Below, one piece after another: positions 25,286 to 34,049 of a stretch of DNA of 64,000 nucleotides. Made by a program: the position numbers and the translations under genes. Origin of the DNA: Rhodospirillaceae bacterium. GTDB lineage: Bacteria > Pseudomonadota > Gammaproteobacteria > Steroidobacterales > Rariloculaceae. Location: contig JAHEKF010000002.1 in NCBI GenBank assembly GCA_024638465.1, positions 18,678 to 82,677 of the forward strand, written 5' to 3'. The notes beneath the pieces were generated by a model that worked only from the letters and a program-made list of their open reading frames with translations, did not search any database and was not told the DNA's origin. Every line of letters begins with the position of its first letter. Position 1 is the first letter of the stretch.

Positions 25286-26488
25286 ATGCCGCGATTATGG
25301 GATAAAGGCGTGCCGCTGGATCAACGCATTCTGCGCTTTACGGCCGGCGAGGATCATCTCCTCGACGAACGGCTCGTCGAGTATGACGTTCGTGCCTCGA
25401 TCGCACACGCGCGAATGCTCGAGGAGCGGGACCTCCTGTCCGCCGGGGACTGCGAAGCAATCTGTCGGGGCCTCGAGCAGCTGGCCAGCCGGCACGCAGC
25501 CGGCGAATGGTCGATCGAACTCGAGCAGGAAGACGTCCACAGCGCATTGGAACAACATTTGATCGAGCTGATCGGGCCCGCCGGGGGGCGCGTCCATCTC
25601 GGCCGCTCGCGCAACGATCAGGTACTGGCCGCGATGCGGCTCTACCTGCGGGACACCATGCAGACGCTCGCGGACGGCGCCAATTCCGTTGCCGACGCGC
25701 TCGACAGCCTTGTTGCAGCGCAGGGTGACCTTGCTCTGCCGGGCTACACCCACATGCAGCCCGCCATGCCGAGCTCCGTCGCGCTCTGGGCAGGCGGTTT
25801 CGCAGCGGAGATCCGCGATGACGCCGAGGGCCTGCTGGCCACGCTGCGGCGTGTCGACGCTAACCCTCTCGGCTCGGCCGCCGGGTACGGCGTGCCGGGG
25901 CTGCCGCTCGATCGTGAGGCGACCCGCAAAGCGCTCGGCTTCGCCCGAACGCAGGAACCCGTTACGGCCGTGCAGCTAAGTCGCGGCAAAGCCGAAGCGT
26001 CAGTCATTTTCGAGCTGACGATGCTGCTGGGGGATCTCGGTCGTCTGGCCTCGGATTTGTTGTTGTTCTATACGGCGGAGTTCGCGTTTGTCGACCTGCC
26101 CAAAGCAATGACAACGGGATCGTCAATCATGCCGCAAAAACGCAACCCCGACGTCTTCGAGCTGGTGCGCAGCGCGCAAGCGGTAACTACCGGGGCACTT
26201 ACCGAAACGCTCGCTATCACTGCAAAACTGACGTCGGGCTATCAACGAGATCTGCAGAGACTCAAGGCGCCGCTATTCCGCAGTATCGATCTGACCGAAG
26301 ATACGCTCGCGATCATGGCGCACGCACTGTCCGGAATTCGGTTTCGACCCGAATGCATCGATCTCGGTGACGAGTTGTACGCAGCCGAACGAGCGAATGA
26401 ACTCGTCCTGGAAGAAGGCATACCGTTCCGCGAAGCGTATCAGCGTATCGCAGCAGATCTTGAACGGCGAAGTTCGCGCTCGAAATGA
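25286..26488 (+). CDS. argH: Argininosuccinate lyase
   Basis: LWDKG N-terminus, GRSRNDQV, TGSSIMPQKRNPD signature. Confidence 0.9.
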   Translation: MPRLWDKGVPLDQRILRFTAGEDHLLDERLVEYDVRASIAHARMLEERDLLSAGDCEAICRGLEQLASRHAAGEWSIELEQEDVHSALEQHLIELIGPAGGRVHLGRSRNDQVLAAMRLYLRDTMQTLADGANSVADALDSLVAAQGDLALPGYTHMQPAMPSSVALWAGGFAAEIRDDAEGLLATLRRVDANPLGSAAGYGVPGLPLDREATRKALGFARTQEPVTAVQLSRGKAEASVIFELTMLLGDLGRLASDLLLFYTAEFAFVDLPKAMTTGSSIMPQKRNPDVFELVRSAQAVTTGALTETLAITAKLTSGYQRDLQRLKAPLFRSIDLTEDTLAIMAHALSGIRFRPECIDLGDELYAAERANELVLEEGIPFREAYQRIAADLERRSSRSK

Positions 26489-26685
26489 CGCAGACGATCT
26501 TCCACGCAGCAGTTCGGCTCCTGAAGCTCGGCCCGATAGTTGCCGCCTTCGGTTTGCTTTCAGCCTGCGGCCAGAAGGGTCCGCTCATATTACCCGAAGC
26601 AACGGTTACCGAGACAGGTCAAGGCGCCGCACAAACAGGCGATGACCAGCAAGAGGGTGACGACGATGAATCGGGTGGTAACTAG
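26485..26685 (+). CDS. lptM: Small lipoprotein, LptM/YifL-like
   Basis: ATGA overlap with the argH stop. Lipobox LLSAC followed by GQKGPLILP. Acidic tail. 66 aa. Confidence 0.6.
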   Translation: MTQTIFHAAVRLLKLGPIVAAFGLLSACGQKGPLILPEATVTETGQGAAQTGDDQQEGDDDESGGN

Positions 26686-26699
26686 ATCAATGTTCCCCG

Positions 26700-29402
26700 A
26701 TGCGGTGCAAGATGGCGACTAAACCGTTCGTACTCGTCGACGGATCCTCATATCTTTTTCGCGCCTATCACGCGCTGCCCGATTTTTCGTCGAGCAAGGG
26801 CGAGCCGACCGGTGCGATCTTCGGCGTGCTGAACATGCTCAACAAACTCGTCGACGACTACGATCCGGAGAACATCGCAGTCGTTTTCGATGCACCCGGA
26901 AAAACGTTTCGCGATGATCTCTATTCCGACTACAAGGCGAACCGGCCGCCGATGCCCGAGGACCTGCGTCCGCAGATCGAACCGCTGATTCAGGCGATTG
27001 AAGCGATCGGGATACCGGTCATCCGGGTCAAGGGCGTCGAGGCCGACGACGTGATCGGGACGCTCGCGACGCGAGCCGCCGCCGACGGCCGCGAGACAGT
27101 GATATCGACTTCGGATAAGGACATGGCCCAGCTCGTCAACGAGCACGTGACGCTCGTTAACACGATGAGTAATACGAAGCTGGACGAAGGTGGCGTTGCC
27201 GAAAAATTCGGTGTCAATCCCGATCAGATCATCGACTACCTTGCGCTGGTAGGAGACAGTTCAGACAACATTCCCGGCATCCCCGGCGTCGGGCCGAAGA
27301 CTGCTGCGAAATGGCTGGCCGAGCATGGCGACCTGGACACGATCAAGGCCGAAGCCGACAGCGTTCCAGGCAAGGTCGGCGAGAATCTGCGGAACTCGCT
27401 GGATCGGCTTCCGCTGTATAAGGAACTCACGACGATCGTTTGCGACGTAGAACTTCCGCTGTCGCCAGCCGAGCTGGTACTACGGGAACCCGACGTCGAC
27501 CGAGTCCGAAAACTTTACGACCGTCTCGAACTCAGAAGTCTGCTGCGCCGAATCGGCGAACTCGACGAGCAGCAAGAGCAAGCGTCAATGGAACCCGGCG
27601 TCGACTACGACACGGTGCTGACCCAAGCGGCCCTGAACGAGTGGCTGGAGCGTATCGAGGGCGTCGAACTCGTCGCCCTCGATACTGAAACGACCAGCCT
27701 CGATTACATGCAGGCCGAGATCGTCGGCCTCTCTCTTGCCGTTGTAGCGGGAAATGCGGCTTATATCCCGCTTGCCCACAGCTACCCGGGCGCGCCGGAT
27801 CAGCTCAACCGCGAGGAAGTTCTCGCGCGCATGAAACCGTGGCTCGAGAGCGATTCCCCGAAGCTCGGACATCATCTGAAATACGATGCGCACGTGCTGC
27901 GAAATCACGATATCGCACTCGGTGGAATCGCATTCGACTCAATGCTCGAATCCTTCGTGCTGGATTCGACAGCTACGAGACACGATATGGATTCCGTCGC
28001 GAATAAATACCTCGGAGTCAAAACGACGAAATACGAAGACGTCGCAGGCAAGGGAGCGAAGCAGCTGCGATTCGACGAAGTCGACATCGAAGTCGCGTCG
28101 GCCTATGCGGCACAGGACGCGGACATTACGTTTCAGTTGCACGAGACACTCTGGCCGAAACTTCAGGAAGTTCCGTCGTTGGCCAAGCTCTATCTCGAGA
28201 TCGAGCAGCCGCTCGTCGAAGTACTGCGCAAGATGGAATACCTCGGCGTACTCGTCGATGCCGAAATGCTCAAGCAGCAGAGTCAGGAACTTGCAGAATC
28301 AATGGCGGCTACCGAAAAACGGGTACACGAGATGGCAGGCGGCCCGTTTAATCTCGCTTCACCGAAGCAGCTGCAGGAGATTCTTTACGATCGGCTGGGA
28401 CTCCCGGTGCTGAGCAAGACACCCAAGGGCCAGCCGTCAACGGCGGAGAGTGTGCTGCAGGATCTGGCTGAGGAACATGAGCTGCCGAAGGCGATACTCG
28501 AGTACCGTGGGATCGCGAAACTAAAGTCGACCTACACGGACAAACTACCGCTCGAAATCGATCCGCGAACCGGTCGAATCCACACGTCTTATCACCAGGC
28601 CGTCGCGGCGACCGGCCGTCTTTCATCGACGGACCCGAATCTGCAGAACATCCCGATCCGAACGCCGGAGGGTAGGCGCATACGTCAGGCGTTCATCGCG
28701 CCGGAAGGCTACCGGCTGCTCGCTGCCGATTATTCGCAGATCGAGTTGCGCATCATGGCGCATCTATCCGAGGACGCCGGATTACTCGCGGCTTTCGCCG
28801 CCGATACCGACATTCATCGCGCGACGGCTGCGGAGGTCTTCGGGATCGAGCCGGCAGACGTCTCCAACGACGAACGGCGCTCGGCCAAGGCGATCAACTT
28901 CGGATTGATTTACGGGATGTCGGCGTTCGGTCTCGGGCGACAGCTCGGAATCGGACGCAACCAGGCGCAGGAATACGTCGATCTCTATTTCGACCGCTAT
29001 CCGGGAGTCAAAGCCTATATGGATGGCACCCGCGAGCGCGCACGCGAAGACGGTTTCGTCGCAACGGTTTACGGCCGACGTCTGTACCTGCCCGAGATCG
29101 ACTCGCGCAATCATCAACGTCGCCAGTATGCCGAACGCAGCGCTATCAATGCGCCCATGCAGGGCTCGGCGGCGGACATTATCAAGCGAGCGATGATAGA
29201 CGTTGATCGCTGGCTGGCATCATCAGGTGCCGATGCGCGCGTCATCATGCAGGTCCACGACGAACTCGTGCTCGAGGTCGCGGAAAGCAATGCCGAAGAG
29301 ATCGCCGTCGAGATCGCGAAACTCATGGAAAGCGCTGCCGATCTCAGGGTGCCGCTCAAAGCCGACTACGGACTCGGCGCCAACTGGGATGAGGCGCACT
29401 AG
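26700..29402 (+). CDS. polA: DNA polymerase I
   Basis: A 5'-3' exonuclease N-terminus (LVDGSSYLFRAYHAL), a 3'-5' exonuclease region, and polymerase motifs (DYSQIELR, QVHDELV). The start could be ATG 26712. Confidence 0.95.
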   Translation: MRCKMATKPFVLVDGSSYLFRAYHALPDFSSSKGEPTGAIFGVLNMLNKLVDDYDPENIAVVFDAPGKTFRDDLYSDYKANRPPMPEDLRPQIEPLIQAIEAIGIPVIRVKGVEADDVIGTLATRAAADGRETVISTSDKDMAQLVNEHVTLVNTMSNTKLDEGGVAEKFGVNPDQIIDYLALVGDSSDNIPGIPGVGPKTAAKWLAEHGDLDTIKAEADSVPGKVGENLRNSLDRLPLYKELTTIVCDVELPLSPAELVLREPDVDRVRKLYDRLELRSLLRRIGELDEQQEQASMEPGVDYDTVLTQAALNEWLERIEGVELVALDTETTSLDYMQAEIVGLSLAVVAGNAAYIPLAHSYPGAPDQLNREEVLARMKPWLESDSPKLGHHLKYDAHVLRNHDIALGGIAFDSMLESFVLDSTATRHDMDSVANKYLGVKTTKYEDVAGKGAKQLRFDEVDIEVASAYAAQDADITFQLHETLWPKLQEVPSLAKLYLEIEQPLVEVLRKMEYLGVLVDAEMLKQQSQELAESMAATEKRVHEMAGGPFNLASPKQLQEILYDRLGLPVLSKTPKGQPSTAESVLQDLAEEHELPKAILEYRGIAKLKSTYTDKLPLEIDPRTGRIHTSYHQAVAATGRLSSTDPNLQNIPIRTPEGRRIRQAFIAPEGYRLLAADYSQIELRIMAHLSEDAGLLAAFAADTDIHRATAAEVFGIEPADVSNDERRSAKAINFGLIYGMSAFGLGRQLGIGRNQAQEYVDLYFDRYPGVKAYMDGTRERAREDGFVATVYGRRLYLPEIDSRNHQRRQYAERSAINAPMQGSAADIIKRAMIDVDRWLASSGADARVIMQVHDELVLEVAESNAEEIAVEIAKLMESAADLRVPLKADYGLGANWDEAH

Positions 29403-29543
29403 CGCTCCGCCTGATCTCCGTCTCGGCCAGTGAGACGGACTCTCCGGGTCCGACCAACAACTGCTACGTCGACCGGCCCCGAGCGGCTGACGGGGCGGAC
29501 CGCGGCGGTGGAACTTTTGCGCGGGCCGGTGGACTAACTCATT

Positions 29544-29660
29544 AGACGCGAAAGTGTCACCCGCTGACCTCCCTCGGCGGGATGTCCCGGTTACCCCATA
29601 CCGGGAGACCTCTAACCCCGGGTGTGTCCCCTGAATCCCGCACCCGGGGTTTCTTTTTTT
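29544..29660 (+). ncRNA. Candidate small RNA in the polA-engB intergenic region (5' end inferred)
   Basis: A sigmaE-like promoter GGAACTT-N16-ACTAA (29510-29537) is followed by three hairpins (29560-29581, 29585-29607, 29614-29651) and a T-run. No ORF. Confidence 0.35.
29614..29660 (+). terminator. Rho-independent terminator
   Basis: An 11-bp GC-rich stem, AACCCCGGGTG / CACCCGGGGTT, followed by TCTTTTTTT. Confidence 0.7.
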
Positions 29661-30259
29661 CAGGAATCGCTGTCCCCCACCCCGAGCCACGTTAACAATT
29701 GTTCACGTGCGTCTTCGACACCAAGCCGACGGGGCGCGCTGAACAGAATCAGTGGAAACGCGTCCGGCAGCGTCCTCGCGATGTCCAGACGCCGGCTCAT
29801 ACCGCCGCTACGGCTCAGCTTGTCGGCCTTCGTCAGCAGCACTGCAGCGGGTACGGCGGCGTCCTTCGACCAGGCCAACATGACCTCGTCGAGATCCCTT
29901 AAGCCCCGCCGGATATCGACGGTGACGACGAGCCCTGCAAGCGATCGCCGCTCCCGAAAGTAGGCTTCCAGCAGTATCCGCCATTGATCACGAACCGACT
30001 CGGCGACTTTCGCGTAGCCGTAGCCCGGGAGATCGACAAGACGCCGCGTTGCGTCGATTTCGAAGAAATTGATGAGCTGAGTTCTACCCGGTGTCTTGCT
30101 GGTTCTGGCGATACCGCGGCGCGCGGTGATCGCGTTGATCGCACTGGATTTGCCCGAGTTGGAGCGTCCCGCGAATGCCACTTCGCGTCCCGAGTCCGGA
30201 GGGAACTGATCAGGCTTCTGGGCGCTCTTAAGGAATTCGAGATGCTGCGGAAATACCAT
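29660..30259 (-). CDS. engB: Ribosome-biogenesis GTPase EngB/YihA
   Basis: FAGRSNSGKSSAIN (G1) and DLPGYGYA (G3). The ATG at 30259 gives an E. coli-like N-terminus; the tracked ORF extends to a TTG at 30316. Confidence 0.85.
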   Translation of the reverse strand: MVFPQHLEFLKSAQKPDQFPPDSGREVAFAGRSNSGKSSAINAITARRGIARTSKTPGRTQLINFFEIDATRRLVDLPGYGYAKVAESVRDQWRILLEAYFRERRSLAGLVVTVDIRRGLRDLDEVMLAWSKDAAVPAAVLLTKADKLSRSGGMSRRLDIARTLPDAFPLILFSAPRRLGVEDAREQLLTWLGVGDSDS

Positions 30260-30357
30260 TGCCGGTGCCGGATGGACGCCCGGCTCAATGCTGGAAACAA
30301 GCGGATTAGTGTACAATCTCTCGCCGTTTGCAATGAAAGGATTGGGGCCTAAGACGC

Positions 30358-31011
30358 GTGGCGATTATGACTGAAGGACAGATTTCCTGGACGACCAGAC
30401 CCGTTGCGACGCGTTTGGCGGCCATCGCATTTGCGTTTTTGATCTCGGGGCAGGGTTTCGCTCAGGGGTCCGCGGAGGCCGGGCAGGCGAAAGCGGCTTC
30501 TTGCGCCGCATGTCACGGCGCAGACGGCAACAGCATCAATCCTCTGTGGCCCAGCCTCGCAGGCCAGCACCCCGAATACATCGTCCGCCAGCTTGAAGCC
30601 TACCAATCCGGCGATCGCGAAGATCAGCTGATGACGGCTTTCGCGACATCGCTCTCGGACGAAGATATGTATGACCTGGCTGCATACTTTGCGACATTGC
30701 CGTCGGTGCAGCGTGGTGCCGACCCCGCGCTCGTCGAACTGGGACAACGGATTTATCGCAGCGGACTTCCGGATCGCGGCGTCGCGGCCTGCATCGCGTG
30801 CCATGGGCCCGCTGGGCGCGGCAACCCGCTCGCAGCATTCCCGGTGGTCCGCGGCCAGCACGCAACCTATCTCGCCAACACGCTCAACGCCTATGCAGCC
30901 GGCAATCGAAGATCGGATGGTAGCGTCAATCAAATGATGCGCGATATCGCCGTCAGTCTCAGGGCAGAAGAGATACGGGCGGTCTCCAGTTACATGCAAG
31001 GTCTGCGCTAA
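30358..31011 (+). CDS. Dihaem cytochrome c4
   Basis: Signal peptide. Two CxxCH sites (CAACHG, CIACHG), each followed by a distal Met region. Sits in the classical position next to engB and dsbA. Confidence 0.8.
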   Translation: MAIMTEGQISWTTRPVATRLAAIAFAFLISGQGFAQGSAEAGQAKAASCAACHGADGNSINPLWPSLAGQHPEYIVRQLEAYQSGDREDQLMTAFATSLSDEDMYDLAAYFATLPSVQRGADPALVELGQRIYRSGLPDRGVAACIACHGPAGRGNPLAAFPVVRGQHATYLANTLNAYAAGNRRSDGSVNQMMRDIAVSLRAEEIRAVSSYMQGLR

Positions 31012-31028
31012 CTTCAGTCGCGGTAGAG

Positions 31029-31850
31029 GTGGCTAACGTGTCGAATCGAAATCGAAGCAAAACACTTGGAGCGGCTTTCGCCGCATTGATGATCCTTTTT
31101 GCGGGCTGCGCCGAAGAGCCCGCACCTCAGGCCGTTGAGCCGGTCGTAACGAACACCGCGCAACCACCATCGGTGCAGGAATCGATCGAGCCGCCTGCCG
31201 TCGTGGCAGAACCACCCGCTGCGAACACGACTCCGCAGCCCGGCCGCATCACGCTGGCACAGGCAGATTCCGAGCCCTCGACGAGCCGCTTCCAGCTCGG
31301 TACCCATTATCAGCGCTACCCGTCCGCGCAGGGCACGAGTTCGAGCCCGGAGATGATCGAAGTTGCAGAAATATTCTGGTACGGGTGCCCGCACTGCTAT
31401 ACGTTCGACCCTTATCTCGAAGATTGGCGCCAGAATCTTCCGGATGATGTGAGCTTCGTTCGTATACCCGCGGTGTGGAACCCTTTGCTACAGATCCACG
31501 CAAGGGCTTTTTACGCGGCGCGCGCACTGAATGTCAGTGATCAGCTTCACACGGCGTTCTTCCGTGAGATTCACATCAACCGTAACGGTCTGGACTCGCA
31601 GGAAGCGCTCGCAGATTTCTTCGCAAGCCACGGAGTCGATCGGGATGACTTCAACGCTGCTTTCGAATCTTTCGCCGTCAACAACTTCATGAATCGAGCG
31701 GACGAACTGTCACGGCGCTATCGAATCGGGAGCGTTCCAACCGTCGTCGTGAACGGCAAGTACACGACCGACGCCGGCATGGCTGGAAGCTACGAAGATC
31801 TCATGGAGTTGATCGACGAACTGATCGCGATGGAACGCGCCTCACAATAG
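31029..31850 (+). CDS. dsbA: Thiol:disulfide interchange protein DsbA with a long N-terminal linker (possible lipoprotein)
   Basis: CPHC active site within FWYGCPHCY. Lipobox-like LFAGC. A Pro/Ala-rich linker precedes the thioredoxin fold. Confidence 0.8.
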   Translation: MANVSNRNRSKTLGAAFAALMILFAGCAEEPAPQAVEPVVTNTAQPPSVQESIEPPAVVAEPPAANTTPQPGRITLAQADSEPSTSRFQLGTHYQRYPSAQGTSSSPEMIEVAEIFWYGCPHCYTFDPYLEDWRQNLPDDVSFVRIPAVWNPLLQIHARAFYAARALNVSDQLHTAFFREIHINRNGLDSQEALADFFASHGVDRDDFNAAFESFAVNNFMNRADELSRRYRIGSVPTVVVNGKYTTDAGMAGSYEDLMELIDELIAMERASQ

Positions 31851-31878
31851 TATCGATCGCTGTGAGCAATCCTTTAGT

Positions 31879-32805
31879 TCAGAAAGGGTCACGCGACTCC
31901 TCCAGCCCGTAAGGGTCCACATGGATTAATACCTCGGCGCCGGGAAATCCCGCGCGGACATCAGCCTCTACGGCGTCGCAGATTGCGTGCGCGTCGATCA
32001 AAGCCATGTCGGGATCCAGCTCCAGATGGAACTGGATGAAACGCGCGGGCCCGGACGACCGCGTACGCAAATCGTGCATCCCCCTGACATGTTCATGGCC
32101 CGATACGATATCGAAGATCCGCTGTCGGTCCTCTCCCGGCAGCTCACGATCCAGCAATACGTCAATCGCTTTCATCGCTATGATCCTCACGCTCACGAGA
32201 ATGAGCGCCACGACCACCAGGCCGAGCAGCGGATCGAGAATATAAAGTTGCCACTGCACCGAGGCGAAAATCGCCGCTAACACTGCAACGTTCGTCAGGA
32301 TATCCGCGCGATAGTGAACGGCGTCGGCGGAGATCGCGAGAGATCTCGTCCTACGCACGACATAGCTCTGAAACAGCACCAGACTGATCGTCAGCAGCAG
32401 CGACGTCAGCATTACAGCGAAGCCTAGCTCCGGCCGAAGCACCGGCGCTGGCTCAAGCAGCCGCATGATAGCCTCGAATCCGACGAAACTCGCGGACGCC
32501 GTAACGATCAGTGCCTGCGCCAGCCCCGCGATGCCTTCGGCATTGCCGTGACCGAATCGATGCTCGCGATCCGCCGGAGATACGGCGATCTTTACGGCGA
32601 ACAGCGTGATGAGCGATGCAACCAGATCGAGGACCGAATCGGCCAGGGAGCTCAGCAAGGCGATGGAATCGGTTCGATGCCAGCCCCAGACCTTCAGCAC
32701 AATCAGCGCGATAGCCGTTGCGACGGATGCATAGCTTGCCACCCGCATCAGCTTGATCTGTTGCGAATCCAGGTTCGCAACGACAGTCTTTCGCGTCGAG
32801 TCCAT
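31879..32805 (-). CDS. Cation diffusion facilitator family transporter
   Basis: Six TM segments with the SLADSVLD motif in TM2 and HYRADILTN in TM5. C-terminal cytoplasmic domain. Confidence 0.85.
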   Translation of the reverse strand: MDSTRKTVVANLDSQQIKLMRVASYASVATAIALIVLKVWGWHRTDSIALLSSLADSVLDLVASLITLFAVKIAVSPADREHRFGHGNAEGIAGLAQALIVTASASFVGFEAIMRLLEPAPVLRPELGFAVMLTSLLLTISLVLFQSYVVRRTRSLAISADAVHYRADILTNVAVLAAIFASVQWQLYILDPLLGLVVVALILVSVRIIAMKAIDVLLDRELPGEDRQRIFDIVSGHEHVRGMHDLRTRSSGPARFIQFHLELDPDMALIDAHAICDAVEADVRAGFPGAEVLIHVDPYGLEESRDPF

Positions 32806-32865
32806 TCTTGTCAGGGAGGTCGCTGGTAATCCTTATGGTAACAGCGGAACGAATTCGACCCGGGC

Positions 32866-34014
32866 TCAGAGGGCGGCGAGTCTTTGCGCTGCCGCGCGCA
32901 GTGTGTGCGGCTCCTTCGCGAAGCAAAATCTCACGTAACGAGCTTCAGGAGGGCTTTCGTAGAACGCTGTGATCGGAATGACGGCGACGCCGTGTTTCTC
33001 GGTCAACCAGCGCGCGAACTCATGATCCGGCAGATCGGAAACGCCATCGTATCGAGCCAGCTGGAAGTAGGTCCCGAGACTCGCCTCGAATTCAAGACGG
33101 GACTCCGAGAACAATTCTAAAAACAGATCGCGCTTTTCCTGGTAGAACCGCCCAAGACCCAGATAGTGCTCCGGACACTCGGCGAGATAGTCCGCGAGTG
33201 CGTGCTGTAGCGGCGTTACGGTTGTAAAGGTATTGAACTGATGGACGCGACGAAACTCCTGAGAGAGTGCGGGTGGCGCTACGCAATAACCGACTTTCCA
33301 GCCTGTCGCATGGTAAGTCTTACCGAAAGAAAACACGGCGAAACTTCGTTTCGCGAGCCGCGTATTGGCCAACACGGTCGCATGAACGCGATCGTCAAAA
33401 ACGATGTGTTCGTAGACTTCGTCGCTCAATACATACGCGTCATGATCTTCCAGCTCATCAGCGAGTCGCTCCAGATCTTCCGCCGTCAGTAAGGATCCGG
33501 ATGGGTTATGCGGCGAGTTAATGACGACCATCCGTGTCCGGTCGTTCAGCGCAGCTCGAAATCGATCCCAGTCAATTCCGAAGCCTGGCAGCGTCAGGGG
33601 AATGTGTACGGTCTTCGCGCCAGCGAGCGTAATAGCGGGATCGTAGGAGTCGTACGCCGGATCGAACACGATGACTTCGTCGCCCGGACGCACGACAGCG
33701 TGAATGGCGCAGAACAGCGCTTCGGTTGCGCCGCTCGTTACCGTTATCTCGGACTCGGGATCGGAACTGACGCCGTAAAGACGCTCTACTTTGATCGCGA
33801 TCTGCTCTCGCAATGCCGGCACACCGGCCATATGCGGGTACTGATTATGCCCCGCATGGAGGTGATGCGTGACCCGTTCGAGCAACTCTACCGGAGGCTG
33901 ATAGTCCGGAAAGCCCTGCGACAGATTGATCGCATCGTAATCCTCGGCCAGGCGCGACATGACCGTGAAGATGGTCGTCCCGACTCCGGGGAGTTTGCTC
34001 TTGAGCTCCGGCAT
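32866..34014 (-). CDS. PLP-dependent aminotransferase (YbdL/methionine aminotransferase-like)
   Basis: INLSQGFPD, NSPHNPSG and SFGKTYHATGWKVGY (PLP lysine). Confidence 0.8.
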   Translation of the reverse strand: MPELKSKLPGVGTTIFTVMSRLAEDYDAINLSQGFPDYQPPVELLERVTHHLHAGHNQYPHMAGVPALREQIAIKVERLYGVSSDPESEITVTSGATEALFCAIHAVVRPGDEVIVFDPAYDSYDPAITLAGAKTVHIPLTLPGFGIDWDRFRAALNDRTRMVVINSPHNPSGSLLTAEDLERLADELEDHDAYVLSDEVYEHIVFDDRVHATVLANTRLAKRSFAVFSFGKTYHATGWKVGYCVAPPALSQEFRRVHQFNTFTTVTPLQHALADYLAECPEHYLGLGRFYQEKRDLFLELFSESRLEFEASLGTYFQLARYDGVSDLPDHEFARWLTEKHGVAVIPITAFYESPPEARYVRFCFAKEPHTLRAAAQRLAAL

Positions 34015-34049
34015 GCTCCTAGGGTGCCGCTGAAGGCTTAATCGAACCG

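Noticed and set aside
29418-29438. Hairpin CCGTCTC-GGCCAGT-GAGACGG just after the polA stop, considered as the polA terminator.
   Set aside because: It has a 7-bp stem but no following T-run (ACTCTCC follows). The convincing terminator is at 29614..29660. The hairpin may still be a processing or stability element.
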